DNA of 64,000 bases from Octopus vulgaris. Lineage: Eukaryota. Below, piece after piece: positions 36,910 through 49,951 of the stretch. The notes beneath the pieces are model-generated. The model ran no database searches. It had not been told where the DNA came from and saw nothing but the letters and a program-made list of their open reading frames with translations. The translations under genes and the position numbers were made by a program. Positions within the stretch are counted from its first letter, which is position 1, and each line of letters begins with the position of its first letter. The stretch covers positions 41,106,001 to 41,170,000 of the forward strand of contig OX597827.1 of the NCBI GenBank assembly GCA_951406725.2, read 5' to 3'.

Positions 36910-37275
36910 TATGTATCCTTTGAGATCTTAAGTTCTTCGCAAAATTCAAGCCGCTTACTTAATCGAAGTAACACTGCTTTTTTTTTTTTTTTATATATAT
37001 TTGTTTCGTTTAAGCAAGACCGTTTCATGGATATGTATGTGCTTGTATTTGTATTATGAGTACATCTCATTTGAGTACGTGCAGAGTGAGTTGATTCTGT
37101 GTATTATGTGTACATGCAATATGTATGACTGGATGTTAGAGTTGAAAACTATAGTTTCATACAATAAAATGTTATATGCGTGCACACACGTGTGCACACG
37201 TAACATAACTGGTACGACTACTTCAAAGAGAGCTCAGTACAATCGAAGAACAATATTACTTGTATTATGAAATTC

Positions 37276-37377
37276 GGCGGAGGTAAAGAATACGTACACC
37301 ACCCGTTTTCGGCGTAACAAAAACCCTAATCCTAACCCCCTAACCCTAAACACCGGGTGTACGTATTTACTTTCCCC
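37276..37377. mobile_element. Small hairpin MITE, copy 3, with (CCCTAA)-like loop
   Basis: ggcggaggtaaagaatacgtacacc...ccctaatcctaaccccctaaccctaa...ggtgtacgtatttac. Confidence 0.8.
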
Positions 37378-37623
37378 GGAAATTTAATCTCCATCGTGTA
37401 GATGAAACCACTAGTGTGTGTGTATATATGTATACATAGACATATATTGTACTGTTCCGTTATTGATGGGATCAATAAAAGTATACTCCATCCTGTGAGA
37501 GATAAATATTTGATATACACAGGATTTCAATGTGAGCTACTTTAAGTTTCATGGTTTTAATAATACTATGGTCGTACGAGCTTGTATAGCGTGCCGTAGG
37601 TTATCAGGCAATCATTCAGCTTC

Positions 37624-37657
<34 letters not shown>

Positions 37658-38609
37658 TTACTCTCTCTATTTCTATCTCTCTCACTGAAATATACAAAAT
37701 ACTTTCTGACCTAGGCATAAATACCAGGCATGTTTATGTGACACAATTGATTATATCAATCCTAGCTTCTGACTGGTACTTATTTTGTCAACTGCAGAAG
37801 GTTGAGTAGCTTAAAGGACAAATTTTTTCTGACCAACACTCAAATATGCCGACTTACCCATCTTAGTATATCTAGAAATAAAGTGAAAATGAATACAGCA
37901 ATAGATGTGTGTTTTAATAGCTACACACATTTACGATACGTTATTGTACACACTTAGCTATCTTAGTATAATTGAAATGATTTGTTTCTATGCAGACTTC
38001 CGTTCAAAGTTTTCCATGCTTGCGCGTCATCTTACTGATGTCATTTACGCCCAAATCCATCATATTTGATGTTATGTTGGGAGATATACACACGTGTGTA
38101 TCTTATGTTGGGAGACATACGCTCGCGTATTAGTATATATATATTCGTTCAGGTACAGTCACTTTGATCACATTTATGTGCGTTTACATTCATAGACATA
38201 TCAGTAAGTTTGATTTATTTCTTTGCATTGTATCACTGAAGACGTATCCAATTTCAAACAGTATTTGTGTGTGTATAATGTGTGTGCGTGTGTATACATG
38301 TATATATTACCATCATTAAACATCTTCTGGTATGGGTGGACGGTTGAACAGGATCCGAGAGGTCAGAAGACCACGTCATGCTCCAATCCATAGTTTTTAT
38401 GGCTTAATACTCTTCCTGATGCCAACGAATATACAGGGCATACCCTCAGGTACAAGAAGGTGGACAGAAGAGAGTATTGGGACAGAAATTAAAGAGTGGG
38501 TAAATGAAATTGACATAGTGTAGGAGGAGAGTTAGAGATAGGGAGGGGTGGTTGAGGGTAAATATCACCGAAAGTAATTTAATAAGAATGATGGATGGAT
38601 GTCCATAGA

Positions 38610-38805
38610 AGTGGCTCAGAGGAGAGGAAGTAGTGGGCTACTACACGCATTCTTTGCTCTCCTTGTTTTTTTCTGTGTACCTTTCTGTCGAAGAGCGTAG
38701 GCTCGAAACGTAAAAGACTTTTTCTATTCCTGAGCGCTATACTAATACATTTGTTTGTTTGTACTCCACCTGCCTTCGTCTTTTGTTTATTTTTGTAAAC
38801 TTTCC

Positions 38806-38806
<1 letters not shown>
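38610..38806 (+). mobile_element. Probable Penelope-like pseudo-LTR with hammerhead-like motif
   Basis: 38681-38716: CTTT-CTGTCGA-A-GAGC-GTAG-GCTC-GAAA-CGT-A-AAAG; minimal type I layout with a non-consensus core. Confidence 0.55.
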
Positions 38807-38844
<38 letters not shown>

Positions 38845-39287
38845 GTGTGTGTGTATACATATCCACACACATACACATATATATATAGATGGGGTATAGG
38901 AAGATGACGGATAGTGTTGGGTGGATAAAGCACAGGCATAGCTATTGTGGGTAAGTATCTTCTACTGAAGCCCCAACTGGTCAGTGCCGTGTAAATGACT
39001 TTGGTTGATGGAAATTACAAGAAACCCATTGTATGGTATATCCGTGTGTGTGTATTCGCTTGCACCCATGTAAATGTATGTCAGTGTTTTCAATGCTTTT
39101 CACTGCTTGGGCAAAGCGGTACTGATGAAGACATTTCTTCTCGACACTATGACTAGCCTCTCTGTGCTTTTGATGACATGTGAAATTAATTTATTTCTCA
39201 CTTGAAAAACAAGGTTTGTCATCAGAGAAGCATCCAGCCGTAATATCCGCTTCAAATTTCCACACAAACCTATGCTAGCATGGAAAT

Positions 39288-39660
39288 GTGGCTGTGTGGT
39301 TAAGAACTTTGTCTCCCAACTTTATAGTTCGGGTTCAGTCTCATTGCGTAGCACCTTGAATATGAGTTTTCTACAATAGATCCAGGCTTATTAGATCCTT
39401 ATGAAAGGATTTAGTAGATAGAAACTGAAAGAAGCCTGTGTGTGTTAGTGTCTCCTTGTTTTGACATTGCGTGATAGTTGTAAACGAGTGCCACTGTCAT
39501 ATAAGGCGGTGTCTTTCGTTTTCAGTTTTCCATGAAAAATATATTTAGTCATGGAAAAATATTACCTTATTTGGAAGGGCATCCGGCTCTAGAAAATCTG
39601 CTTCGGCAAATTCTATCTGATTCATGTGAGCATGGAAAAGTAGACGTTAAAACGATGACT
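39288..39660 (+). mobile_element. Family A-headed SINE with a different, RTE-like tail
   Basis: Family A head and CORE-like block, then ggaagggcatccggct...gcatggaaaagtagacgttaaaacgatga; tail fragments also near 39190-39290 and 38310-38430(-). Confidence 0.65.
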
Positions 39661-40775
39661 GTATGTATGTATGTATGTACATATACACCACACACATCTA
39701 TAAAATCTTGATATTACTATGTAGTGTTACTTCTAATACAACGTATGTTTTACCTGTATAAATAAGTTCGTCCATTCGTTTTTGTGCCCATTTTTTAAAA
39801 ATTCTATCGGGGCTTTGTTATATTGTTGATTGCCCTTTCTGGCTGAAACCTTATCTGCTTTTCAAGGTGCGAAGTGAAAAGGGTGATTTGTTGACAGCAG
39901 AGCCGACAACTCCACCACCACCACCACTACTCTCAGAAAATGGCTTTTGTAAACACATGCACATGCATATGCATGCACAAACTCATGTACATGCATGAAT
40001 GCATACAACCGCGCACGACACACACACACACACACACGCGCGCTCGCTTGACAGGCTTCTTTCAGTTTCTGTTTACCAAATCTACTCACAAAAAGCCTTG
40101 GTCAGTGAGCTCAGGGCTATATCGGAAAACGCTTGCTCAAGATACCACGCAGTAGGCTTGTATGTGGTCATCCACCCCATTAGAAATAGCAGGGTTAAAT
40201 AACTATAGCAACATTGTTACAATTTCAACACCCACAAGATAAAAGAATATTCCGAACTGTTCTATATAATTATTTAGTCTCAGATAGTTTATATTATTTA
40301 CAAGTTTTTTTTTTCCCGTTTCGTTTCTTTTTTTTTGTCCCTGTAACAATAAAGATATAAATATAATTATGCCATCTTACACAAATGATATTCACTGGGT
40401 GCTGGGGGTAACATTTCTTTAGGTGATTCCTCTGTGTGTGTGTGAGACTAGTTTATATTAATCTTTATTGATAAAATGGAAATATTTAGAATATGTGGCA
40501 ACTCGGAGTAAACAATTGAAAATAGCAGTTCTGTTGCTGCTGCTGGTATTGTATCTTATTCTGTGTATTCTGTAGATTTTCCTTTTTGTTTTGTATTGAG
40601 ATATTTACGAAAGAAAGAGAGCGAGAGAGAAATGTACGTATAGTTATTTATAGTTGTGTGCGTACATATAGATGTAAAAATACTTACGATTATGTGTGTG
40701 CGTGTGTATTTTATATATAGGCTTGGTGATGTAAACAAAATATGAATATACGTGTATTTTTATTGATATTTAGCG

Positions 40776-40869
40776 GAAGCAACAGTGACTCAAGGGCCAA
40801 GAGTTTCGTGAGTTTGATAAGTACCAACGCACGAATCTCTCACAGCCCCTTGAGTCATTCTGTAGCTTC
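40776..40869. mobile_element. Hairpin element of about 94 bp (MITE-like)
   Basis: gaagcaacagtgactcaaggg...ttcgtg / cacgaa...cccttgagtcattctgtagcttc; half copy at about 3918-3978. Confidence 0.65.
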
Positions 40870-40875
40870 TGGTAT

Positions 40876-40909
<34 letters not shown>

Positions 40910-42719
40910 TTATATATTGAGAATGTGTAGAGATATAACATATATTCATATCGGTATACAATGTGTGTGGGTGTGCGTAAAATATATTCACATTTTAATA
41001 TATTTTGTTGATATTTACAATCTTTTAAGATACTGCAGCATGGCCACAGTCAAATGATTGAAACGAGTAACAATAAAAGATATGTACATATGATGTGTGT
41101 GTGTGTGTGTGTATATATATGTATATAATATATATATATATAATAATAAGGCACTAAAAGAGAATGACTCTCCCCAGACACAACAGTATATATATATATA
41201 TATAAAAGAATGTACGTACATTCTTACATACGCACTCGTACACATTAGGAGGGCCTGATGCTCCTTGAATCGAAACTCAAATTTGCGAGTGTTCAATAAA
41301 TAATATGAGCAGTCACTGAGCCATGAAGCTTAAGCTTCTCGTTGAAAGACATTTGATACCATGAATATATTTATAACTTTTTTTTCCCTGTCAGTAAACA
41401 CGAACGTTTTCTCGTAAGCGCCCAGACACACTTCGGGGTGCACGTAAATGCAGTTTGTGCATCATTCGCGCCCTCACACAAACCTAGTTTTTGACGCAGT
41501 GAATGTGTGTCTACGAAAGCGGCAAATTGATAGAGTTATTAGAGCGCCTTGCAGTATTATTCGTTCTGGTACTTCTGCTCTTTGAGTTCGAATCGTGCTG
41601 AAGTCACGATAAATTGAATAACACTTCAGTCCTTCCTCTTTGGGGGTGTACTTTGAATTTAAAGGTCAATCCAGCCATTCCTCATTGTGTCCAACTGTTT
41701 TCTGCATACATATTTGCGTTAAGAATATCTGTAAAGTAAGCTGTTTATTCATAAGACACTGAATGATCATCGTTGACGCCGACGGAGAATTTAAAAATCT
41801 ACCCGCTTACAGATCTGTTTTGCTTCTGTCCATTGATCTGTGGACCGCTTGTCAGTTTTGTTGTACCCGTTTCTCATCCCATCTCTTCTTCACTTCTCTC
41901 TAATCGTTGTACAAACTTGTTAGTAAACTCGCACTCTTAACGTCTGTCAATCGTCGCCTCTGACGGCAATATCTATTAAAGACCAGATTTCACAGTCGTC
42001 CTATGGACAGTATCGGCACAACAGCCTTCAGAGTGCCTTGTAGATTTAGTTATATCCTTTCAAAGTCCTGAATTCAAATCCAGCTTCGACCGACTGTGTT
42101 TTCTCTATCTAGCCTTCTGATCTCCCCCCCTCTCTCTCTCTCTCACACACACTACTATACTTTTCGCCTACCCCACTCGTGGTCTTATTAAAAATGTTTG
42201 TCAGAGAAAACTTTAAACATACGTTTTATCTTTTCGAGTACTTACATATTTGTGTATGGCTAGGTGCATATAACACAACACATGCATATGCACATATGTT
42301 TCTAAAAATTGTTGATACGTGCGCACACGCTTGTACACCTGAATCTATTAATATATGTGTGTGCGTATGTATATATATATATATATATATATATACACTC
42401 ACACATACACATATTTATACATACACGCTCATTTATATATTAATATGCACATATTTTTGTGTCTGTTAATGTGCATAACTATCTTTGTAACACGAATATT
42501 CCCGGGGATAGTCGAGAATTTCAGACAAACCCCTATCTCAATTCACGAATGTGCACACACACATACACACACAAACGCATATCAGACGCTCAGTGTTGAA
42601 TCTATTTTCATAATTGAGAAACCCTCTCGGTTGAAAGAAATCCTAGCAACGCCCATGTATGTATGCGTATATGTCTGTAAATGTATATATATATATATTA
42701 CTCACTCATATATATATGA

Positions 42720-42751
<32 letters not shown>

Positions 42752-43340
42752 TACACACACATATATATGTGTGTGTGTGTGTGTGTGTTTTATTATTTGT
42801 TTGTCATTGGACTGCGGTCATTCTGGGGCATTTGTGTGTGTGTGTGTATTTATATTATGTAGGTAGGTATAAATGCCATACCCTGCCTTGGGCCCTCAAC
42901 TCCTTGACAGCCGTAGGGGCACCGGTGTGACCTGCGGCATGTTCTGGGCGTTTAAACCTGGCGGAGCCCCATTTGTCTTCAAGTTTCGCCACGGTCGGTT
43001 TCTTTCCGGGAGAAGAATCGACCAATACGTGAATAGTGCTTTACTTATCGATCCCGAACAGATGAAAGTCATTTGAACTCGATGCAGAGGGGACTAAAGT
43101 GATTAGCGCAAAGCAATCAATCTGCCTGATGCTGTAAACTACTTTTCCGCTTGTGTGTGTGTATGTGTAATTTAAGTATGTATGTATGTATGAATATGTT
43201 TATATGTATGTGTGTATATGTGTATTTATACATGTTTATGAAAACATACGCATGTAAGCATAGATGTGTGTCTGTGCATGTGTAAATATGTATGTGTGTA
43301 AAGTATATTTAAGTATAAAACGCGCCAACGTTGTATACAC

Positions 43341-43401
<61 letters not shown>

Positions 43402-43905
43402 TATATCATAGTGAGACGCGCGCGCACAGATTTACCTCCTAAATGTGTATCTACACATAATGCCTATAGACCTACGCACGGTATCTGCTTGTATTTGCGC
43501 GCACATCTGTGTAAATATATAAGAAAATAAATAGAGGCACATGTATGCTAACCTCTACGTGGTCGTGCAAACCTGCTAGAAATAGTCAGCAAATTTTTAC
43601 TTCATATCTCTCTCTCACCTTTCCGTTTGAGATAAGGGAATTAAAATATAAAATAACACCACCACCACCAGAAAACACTTTAAATAATGTAGTTTTGCAA
43701 AGTCCTAAAAGTAGGTGAGATGTTCATAGCTGGATTTGCCTTTGGACGTCGTCGTTGTCTCTGTTCTAGCATGTTTGAAGAGCAGAGCAACAATAACGGC
43801 ATAGAAAAATACGTTGCTGTTAGCGCGCGCACACATTTACCTTCGGATACAAGTATTCACTCAAATATGCCTCTTATACAAAAATGTGTGTGTGTTATGT
43901 AGTTG

Positions 43906-43942
<37 letters not shown>

Positions 43943-43987
43943 TATATATATATATATTATATATATATATATATAATATATATATAT

Positions 43988-44312
43988 GCTAGTGTGTGTA
44001 TGTGTATATATATATATATATGCTAGTGTGTGTATGTGTATATATATATATATATACTAGTGTGTGTATGTGTATATATATATATATATATGCTAGTGTG
44101 TGTATGTGTATATATATATATATATATGCTAGTGTGTGTATGTGTGTATATATATATATATATATGCTAGTGTGTGTATGTGTATATATATATATATATG
44201 CTAGTGTGTGTATGTGTATATATATATATATATGCTAGTGTGTGTATGTGTATATATATATATGCTAGTGTGTGTATGTGTATATATATATATATGCTAG
44301 TGTGTGTATGTG

Positions 44313-44332
<20 letters not shown>
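43988..44332. repeat. Minisatellite gctagtgtgtgtatgtg(ta)n, about 10 copies
   Basis: Seen directly. Confidence 0.95.
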
Positions 44333-44346
<14 letters not shown>

Positions 44347-45167
44347 TTAGCATATTTCTCTTAGACTTTTCATATTTCTTAGGAATACACACACACACAC
44401 ATATGTATAATGTATATATACATGTGTGTGTGTGTGTATGTATATAAATATACACATAGATTCATGCGTAAAAGTGTGCGTGCTTATACAGCTCACTGTT
44501 TCATTTTCCTTCTCTTTCAGTTTATTGTGTCCAGTTGTACAATAAACTCCAGTCTTTCAACTTGTCCCGCGTTATTATTGTAATAATACTTTAGCAACTG
44601 TCTGTCTATAAACGTCCTTGTTTCTCTCATCTCCATTGTCATCATCACCACCATAGCCCCCCCCCCCGCCGCCACTCCCTTCGTCGTAAACCATCATAAT
44701 CAGTTGGTCTATTATTATTGGTTAATATTATCATGATCATCATCATCATCATCGTCATCATCACCACTAACCACCCGTCTGTCGTGTTCTCTTGTCTGTC
44801 TTCTTCTCTCTTGCACACTCATCAATGTGTGACTTGCGTGCCTTGAACCAGCGCCATTAATCTACCGTTCCTCCCCCTCTTCTCTCTTTCTTTCTCACAA
44901 CATCTCTCTCCCCATCTCTCTCTCTCTCTCATTGCTTTTGTTATTTCGAGCACACTTCTCTCTCACTCTTACTTCCTCCTATTCTTCTCTTTTCCTCTCT
45001 CCAAATGCTCATTTTCTCTCTCACGCTTTCACGCTCTCTCTCTCTCTCTGTCTCTTTACTCTCACTACTAATGTCGCTCTCACTCCTTTACTCTCTCTCA
45101 TTTTCATGTCCTGTCCGTTTTACTCTATCACGCTTCTCATACTCTGTCTTCTTAATCCGTCTCTCTT

Positions 45168-45209
<42 letters not shown>

Positions 45210-45580
45210 AACTCAGTCGCTCTCTTTCTCGGCCTTTATTTCTCTTACACTAACACACTCTCCTTCACTCTTCCTTTGTCATTCTTATTTTATTTCCCTC
45301 TTTCCCTCTCTCTCTCTCTCTCTCTCGTTCGTCCGTCCACCCCCCATCCTCCCGCACATATCTACGTCTTTCACCCCCCTCCCGTTTTGTTTGTCACCTA
45401 ATCCCTATTACTTTTGTATTGTGTACTTCATCCCCCCCATCCTTTTGGCAGGCATTTCCCTCCATTCATTCCTGCTAGTTTTTTTTTGCTGCTTGATTAC
45501 AATGCGTTATTTAAAAATAAATCTTTGAAATTATACTATTATATTATTATATAGTCACACACACACACACAAGCATCTAT

Positions 45581-45660
45581 CTATAAACCCGCCACCGACA
45601 ACACGCGGCGTGTAACAGATAAGAAAGAACTGCAGCTGCACTGGACCACAATCTGCTATT
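45581..45660 (+). promoter_or_regulatory. Candidate core promoter or enhancer
   Basis: CTATAAA, CpG-rich segment, GATA site AGATAAG and E-box CAGCTG in a unique island; motif inference only. Confidence 0.3.
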
Positions 45661-46269
45661 GTTTCATTATTCTCTCTCTCTTTTCACTCGTTGTGTGTGT
45701 GTCTGTGTGTGTGTGTGTGTGAGTGCTGGTCCTTGCTTCTAACCTCGAGACTCTCCCCATCCTCTTTTTTCATTTTTTTTTTGTCAATTTAGGAAATCCC
45801 CATACTCCAAATTTTTTCATGACAGATCTTGCTTGAATTATTTTTTTTCTTCTTTCTTTTTGTTACATGTTGGCACTCCAACTTTTTGAGTTGGTCTGAT
45901 CGGTCGGTCGGTCGGCTGGTTGGTCGGCTGGCTGGCTGGCTGTCTAACTTTGTGTTGTTGATTGGGCTTAGTTTTATTGTATGTTAAACACGACTGGTAA
46001 AGTAGTAAGTAGCTTAGTAACTTTGCCTGGTTTGTGGCTGGCTCAGACTTTTTTTTCTTTCTTGACTGACTATCCAACTTTTTATTCTGACTTTTGTGTC
46101 ATTCCTGACTCTCGCACTACCTTGTCTGCTTAACCTGGTGTGTGTGTGTGTGTATGTGAAACGCACATAACACTGCCTCCACCTGAACGATGTATAAGTT
46201 TTGTATGTATGTATTGTATATATGTATATATATATATTGGAAGGTTTGGAGATGATTTACAGGTATATA

Positions 46270-46300
<31 letters not shown>

Positions 46301-46821
46301 CTGTGTATATGTATGTGTATATATGTGTGTATGTGTATATATGTGTGTGTGTATAGGTGTGTGTATAGGTGTGTATATATGTATGTGTGTATATATATAT
46401 ATAGGTGTGTATATATTTGTGTATATATATATGTGTGTGTGTGTATATTTGTGTATATATATATGTGTTTGTGTGTATATTTGTGTATATATATATGTGT
46501 GTGTGTATATTTGTGTATATATATATATATGTGTGTGTGTGTATATATGTGTATGTATGTGTGTGTGTATATATGTGTATGTATGTTTCTATATGTATGC
46601 ACGTATGTATATATCTATATAATGTATGCATATGTGTATATCATCATCTATATTTAATGTATGTATATATATAATGTATGTGTGTGAGTGTGTATGCCTA
46701 AGCGCTGCATGTATACACTATAAACACCTGAGGCTGATGAGTTATATACAACAGTGCACTAAAGTGAGACTCATGGATACTGGCATGTGAAGTGATAAAA
46801 ATCTGTCCCCCTCGCAAGCAA

Positions 46822-46868
<47 letters not shown>

Positions 46869-47389
46869 GTGTGTGTGTGTACATTTGCAAATTTATTTAG
46901 TACATTCATAAACTCTAGAAAATTCTGACACATATAGACATACAGTGTATTACATATGTTACATCTGTCTCTCTATCTGTTTATCTAACTATCTTTGCAT
47001 AATACACACATACGCGCGCGCTTATACTATTTTATACTGTGTTTTTGCATCCGTTTTTTCTCTTCTATATCTTCTATACACCTGGAGAACTCATTATTTA
47101 TTTTTCATACTTTATATACGCAAGCAATTTTGATACTCACATAAAACGCATATATATATACACACACACACAGTCACACATATATATATATACACTGTAT
47201 TCATATGTACACACTCACGCAGGTACATATACGTATGCACACTCACTTTATATTAGACGCTGTCACAGGTACTGAGGTTTTGGCGATGAAAGCTCATGGT
47301 AGAATGCGTTTGTAAGCGTACATACATACATGCATGCATACATATATGTACACATAGACATGCACATATATAGGTAATATATATATGTA

Positions 47390-47429
47390 TTTTACGCATA
47401 TGTATACATATAATATACACTTTTTTACG

Positions 47430-47468
<39 letters not shown>

Positions 47469-47690
47469 CACTTTTTTACGCATATGTATATATATAATAT
47501 ACACTTTTTTACGCATATATATATATAATATACACTTTTTTTACGCATATATATATATATATATAATATACACTTTTTACGCATATATATATATATATAA
47601 TATACACTTTTTTTACGTATATATATAATATACACTTTTTTTACGCATATATATATATATATATATATATAATATACACTTTTTACGCAT
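47390..47690. repeat. Minisatellite ttttacgca(ta)n-atatacac, about 9 copies
   Basis: Seen directly. Confidence 0.93.
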
Positions 47691-48230
47691 ACACACACGT
47701 CTGCGTGTATGTATGCCTGTATACGACAGTTGGATGATATATTTTTGTCCATCAAAAGAATACCCATGATTCACTCTAGTTTGGAAGTTTCACTTCAATA
47801 TGGAAGAAAGCCCACTTGAACTGCTGGCGTGTCGCTCCACGTGCTTCTCTCTCTGTCGTCTGCTGCGGTGATGTGGGAGGGAGGGGGATGGATAGGGGGG
47901 CAGCGGAATATAACTCCTTTTGCACGCGCGCGCGCATACACACACACATACACACGTCTGGAGAGGAGGATCTGGGATATTATTTCTTTCCTCCCCCCTC
48001 CTCTCCAATATCTTTCTTTCTCCCCCCTCTCTCTCTCTCTCTCTCTCTTTTCCCGCGTCTGCTGGAGGAAGAAAGAAGAGGAGGCAGCCTTCCGTTCTAC
48101 CTCTTTCTTTTACAAATGCTGCGTGGGTAAAGGGAGGAGGAAACAAGGATAATTTCACCTCGTTCTTGTCTACTGCGGGAGGTAAAGGAGGAGGAGGAGG
48201 AGGAGAATATAAGATGTTGCTTCTACCTAC

Positions 48231-48283
<53 letters not shown>

Positions 48284-48498
48284 ATCTCTCCCCCTCTCTC
48301 ATACATATACATCGTCTCATAAGTGGATGGGCAAAAAAAAAGCTTCATTTTGCGTCTCTTCATCCTTCTGTTCCTTATTTAAAAAAAAAAAAATTGTCTT
48401 TTTTCTCCCTCCTTTTCTTCATCTCTCTATGTCTTTTAACCTGTTTCTCTCCACTCCTCTACAGTTTATGCCACTTTCTTAGGTTCTTTTTCCACCTT

Positions 48499-48532
<34 letters not shown>

Positions 48533-48540
48533 GTTTGCAG

Positions 48541-48552
48541 CAGGAAGAAGAG
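48541..48552 (+). other. Candidate 12-nt (or 9-nt via NAGNAG) microexon CAGGAAGAAGAG
   Basis: Long polypyrimidine tract, tttgcag|CAG, donor GAG|GTATGA; both lengths are multiples of 3. Confidence 0.35.
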
Positions 48553-49902
48553 GTATGATGGCACTTTTTCTCTTCCACTTTCCTCTCGTGTATTTTTATC
48601 CGAGATTCTATTATCATTCTCTGTGTTCTTCTTTTTGTCTCCTTCTCTCGTTCTCTCTGTCTCTCGTGTGTAATAAGAACACACAAGAAAGTGGCTCAGA
48701 GGTGGAGGAAGTGGAAAGCAACATATGTGAACATTATAATTGGAAGAGTGGTGATGGTGGTGATGGTGAGGAGCTATAAATCTCTGACAAAAATCGAACT
48801 ATGCATCTTCCATTCGTGTCGATATTTTTACATAATCGTAAGCATCAGCCAATTGGGGCATCGCCATACATTGGTTGAGAAGGTATTGACACATCTCACT
48901 CGCAAGGTCTTCTTAAAACTATTTTTAAGCTACATAATGTGTCTGCAGTTATAAAAAAAAAAAAAAGTGGGGTAAGCATAGAGGAACAGGCACTTAATAT
49001 ACACTAATTATTGGCAGGAATGTGACACAATCGAATTTATTGATCCAATCGACGAAGATATATGTAACTGCTGATAAAACGAAAAAAAAAAAAAAAAAAA
49101 AAAAGTGCTACGAGGGAGCCTGTACGCGCTTTCGATCTGTTAGAAATAGCAACCAAAATTCCTTTTAAATCACAATACTATGGTCTTAAATAAAAGACAG
49201 AACGCTCTTCAATTGATCTGGGTCTAGGATCAACTACGAAAAGTGTATGAATATTTTTTTGTTCCGTAGCCCTCGTCTTACAAACTATTTTATAGGAACA
49301 TTAACTTCATCGATTTCAACGGTCTTCGAGATCCTGTGAATGCTATGGACACGACCCCTTCTTCCCGACGAGTTCCCATCCCATCTCCTGAGAAACTATA
49401 TTGAACATTTCGTTACAATTTTAATGCAAACCAGCTGTATATTGAAAACCCTTTTGTTCTAACATTGTCTATCAAATGAATACTACTTTAATTAAGGTTT
49501 CCATTCAATAGCTATTTTAATCAACTATTTATTTGGTGTAATTTTATTCTAGTTTAGTGTTTTGCACAAAACTACGCCTATAACATCCGCTTTTTTCTGT
49601 GTGTGTGTGTGTGTGTGTGTGCTTTGTTACTGTTTAAATGGTCTCCGCTTCAGTCCCTCAAGTCGTGTTCTACATACCCTTTGTGAATTCAAGAAGCAAA
49701 ATGCACTGAACTCTGTAGGAGGCTGCCAACTTCACTTTGAGCATAGCATTAGCATTTCACTTTTTTTTTTTTTACTCTTTTAAGACGCCGAGTTGTTCGT
49801 TAGCTTAGAAGAAGAAAAAACTCACTATAAAATGTTTCAGATTGATTGCTCTCTCAGAAGTTAAACCTCAGATGTAACATTTGTTTGTATATAAATGTGA
49901 GG

Positions 49903-49951
<49 letters not shown>

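Noticed and set aside
34110-37059. ORFs of 240-300 aa (YIHT-rich or SL-rich)
   Set aside because: Dinucleotide repeats lacking stop codons.
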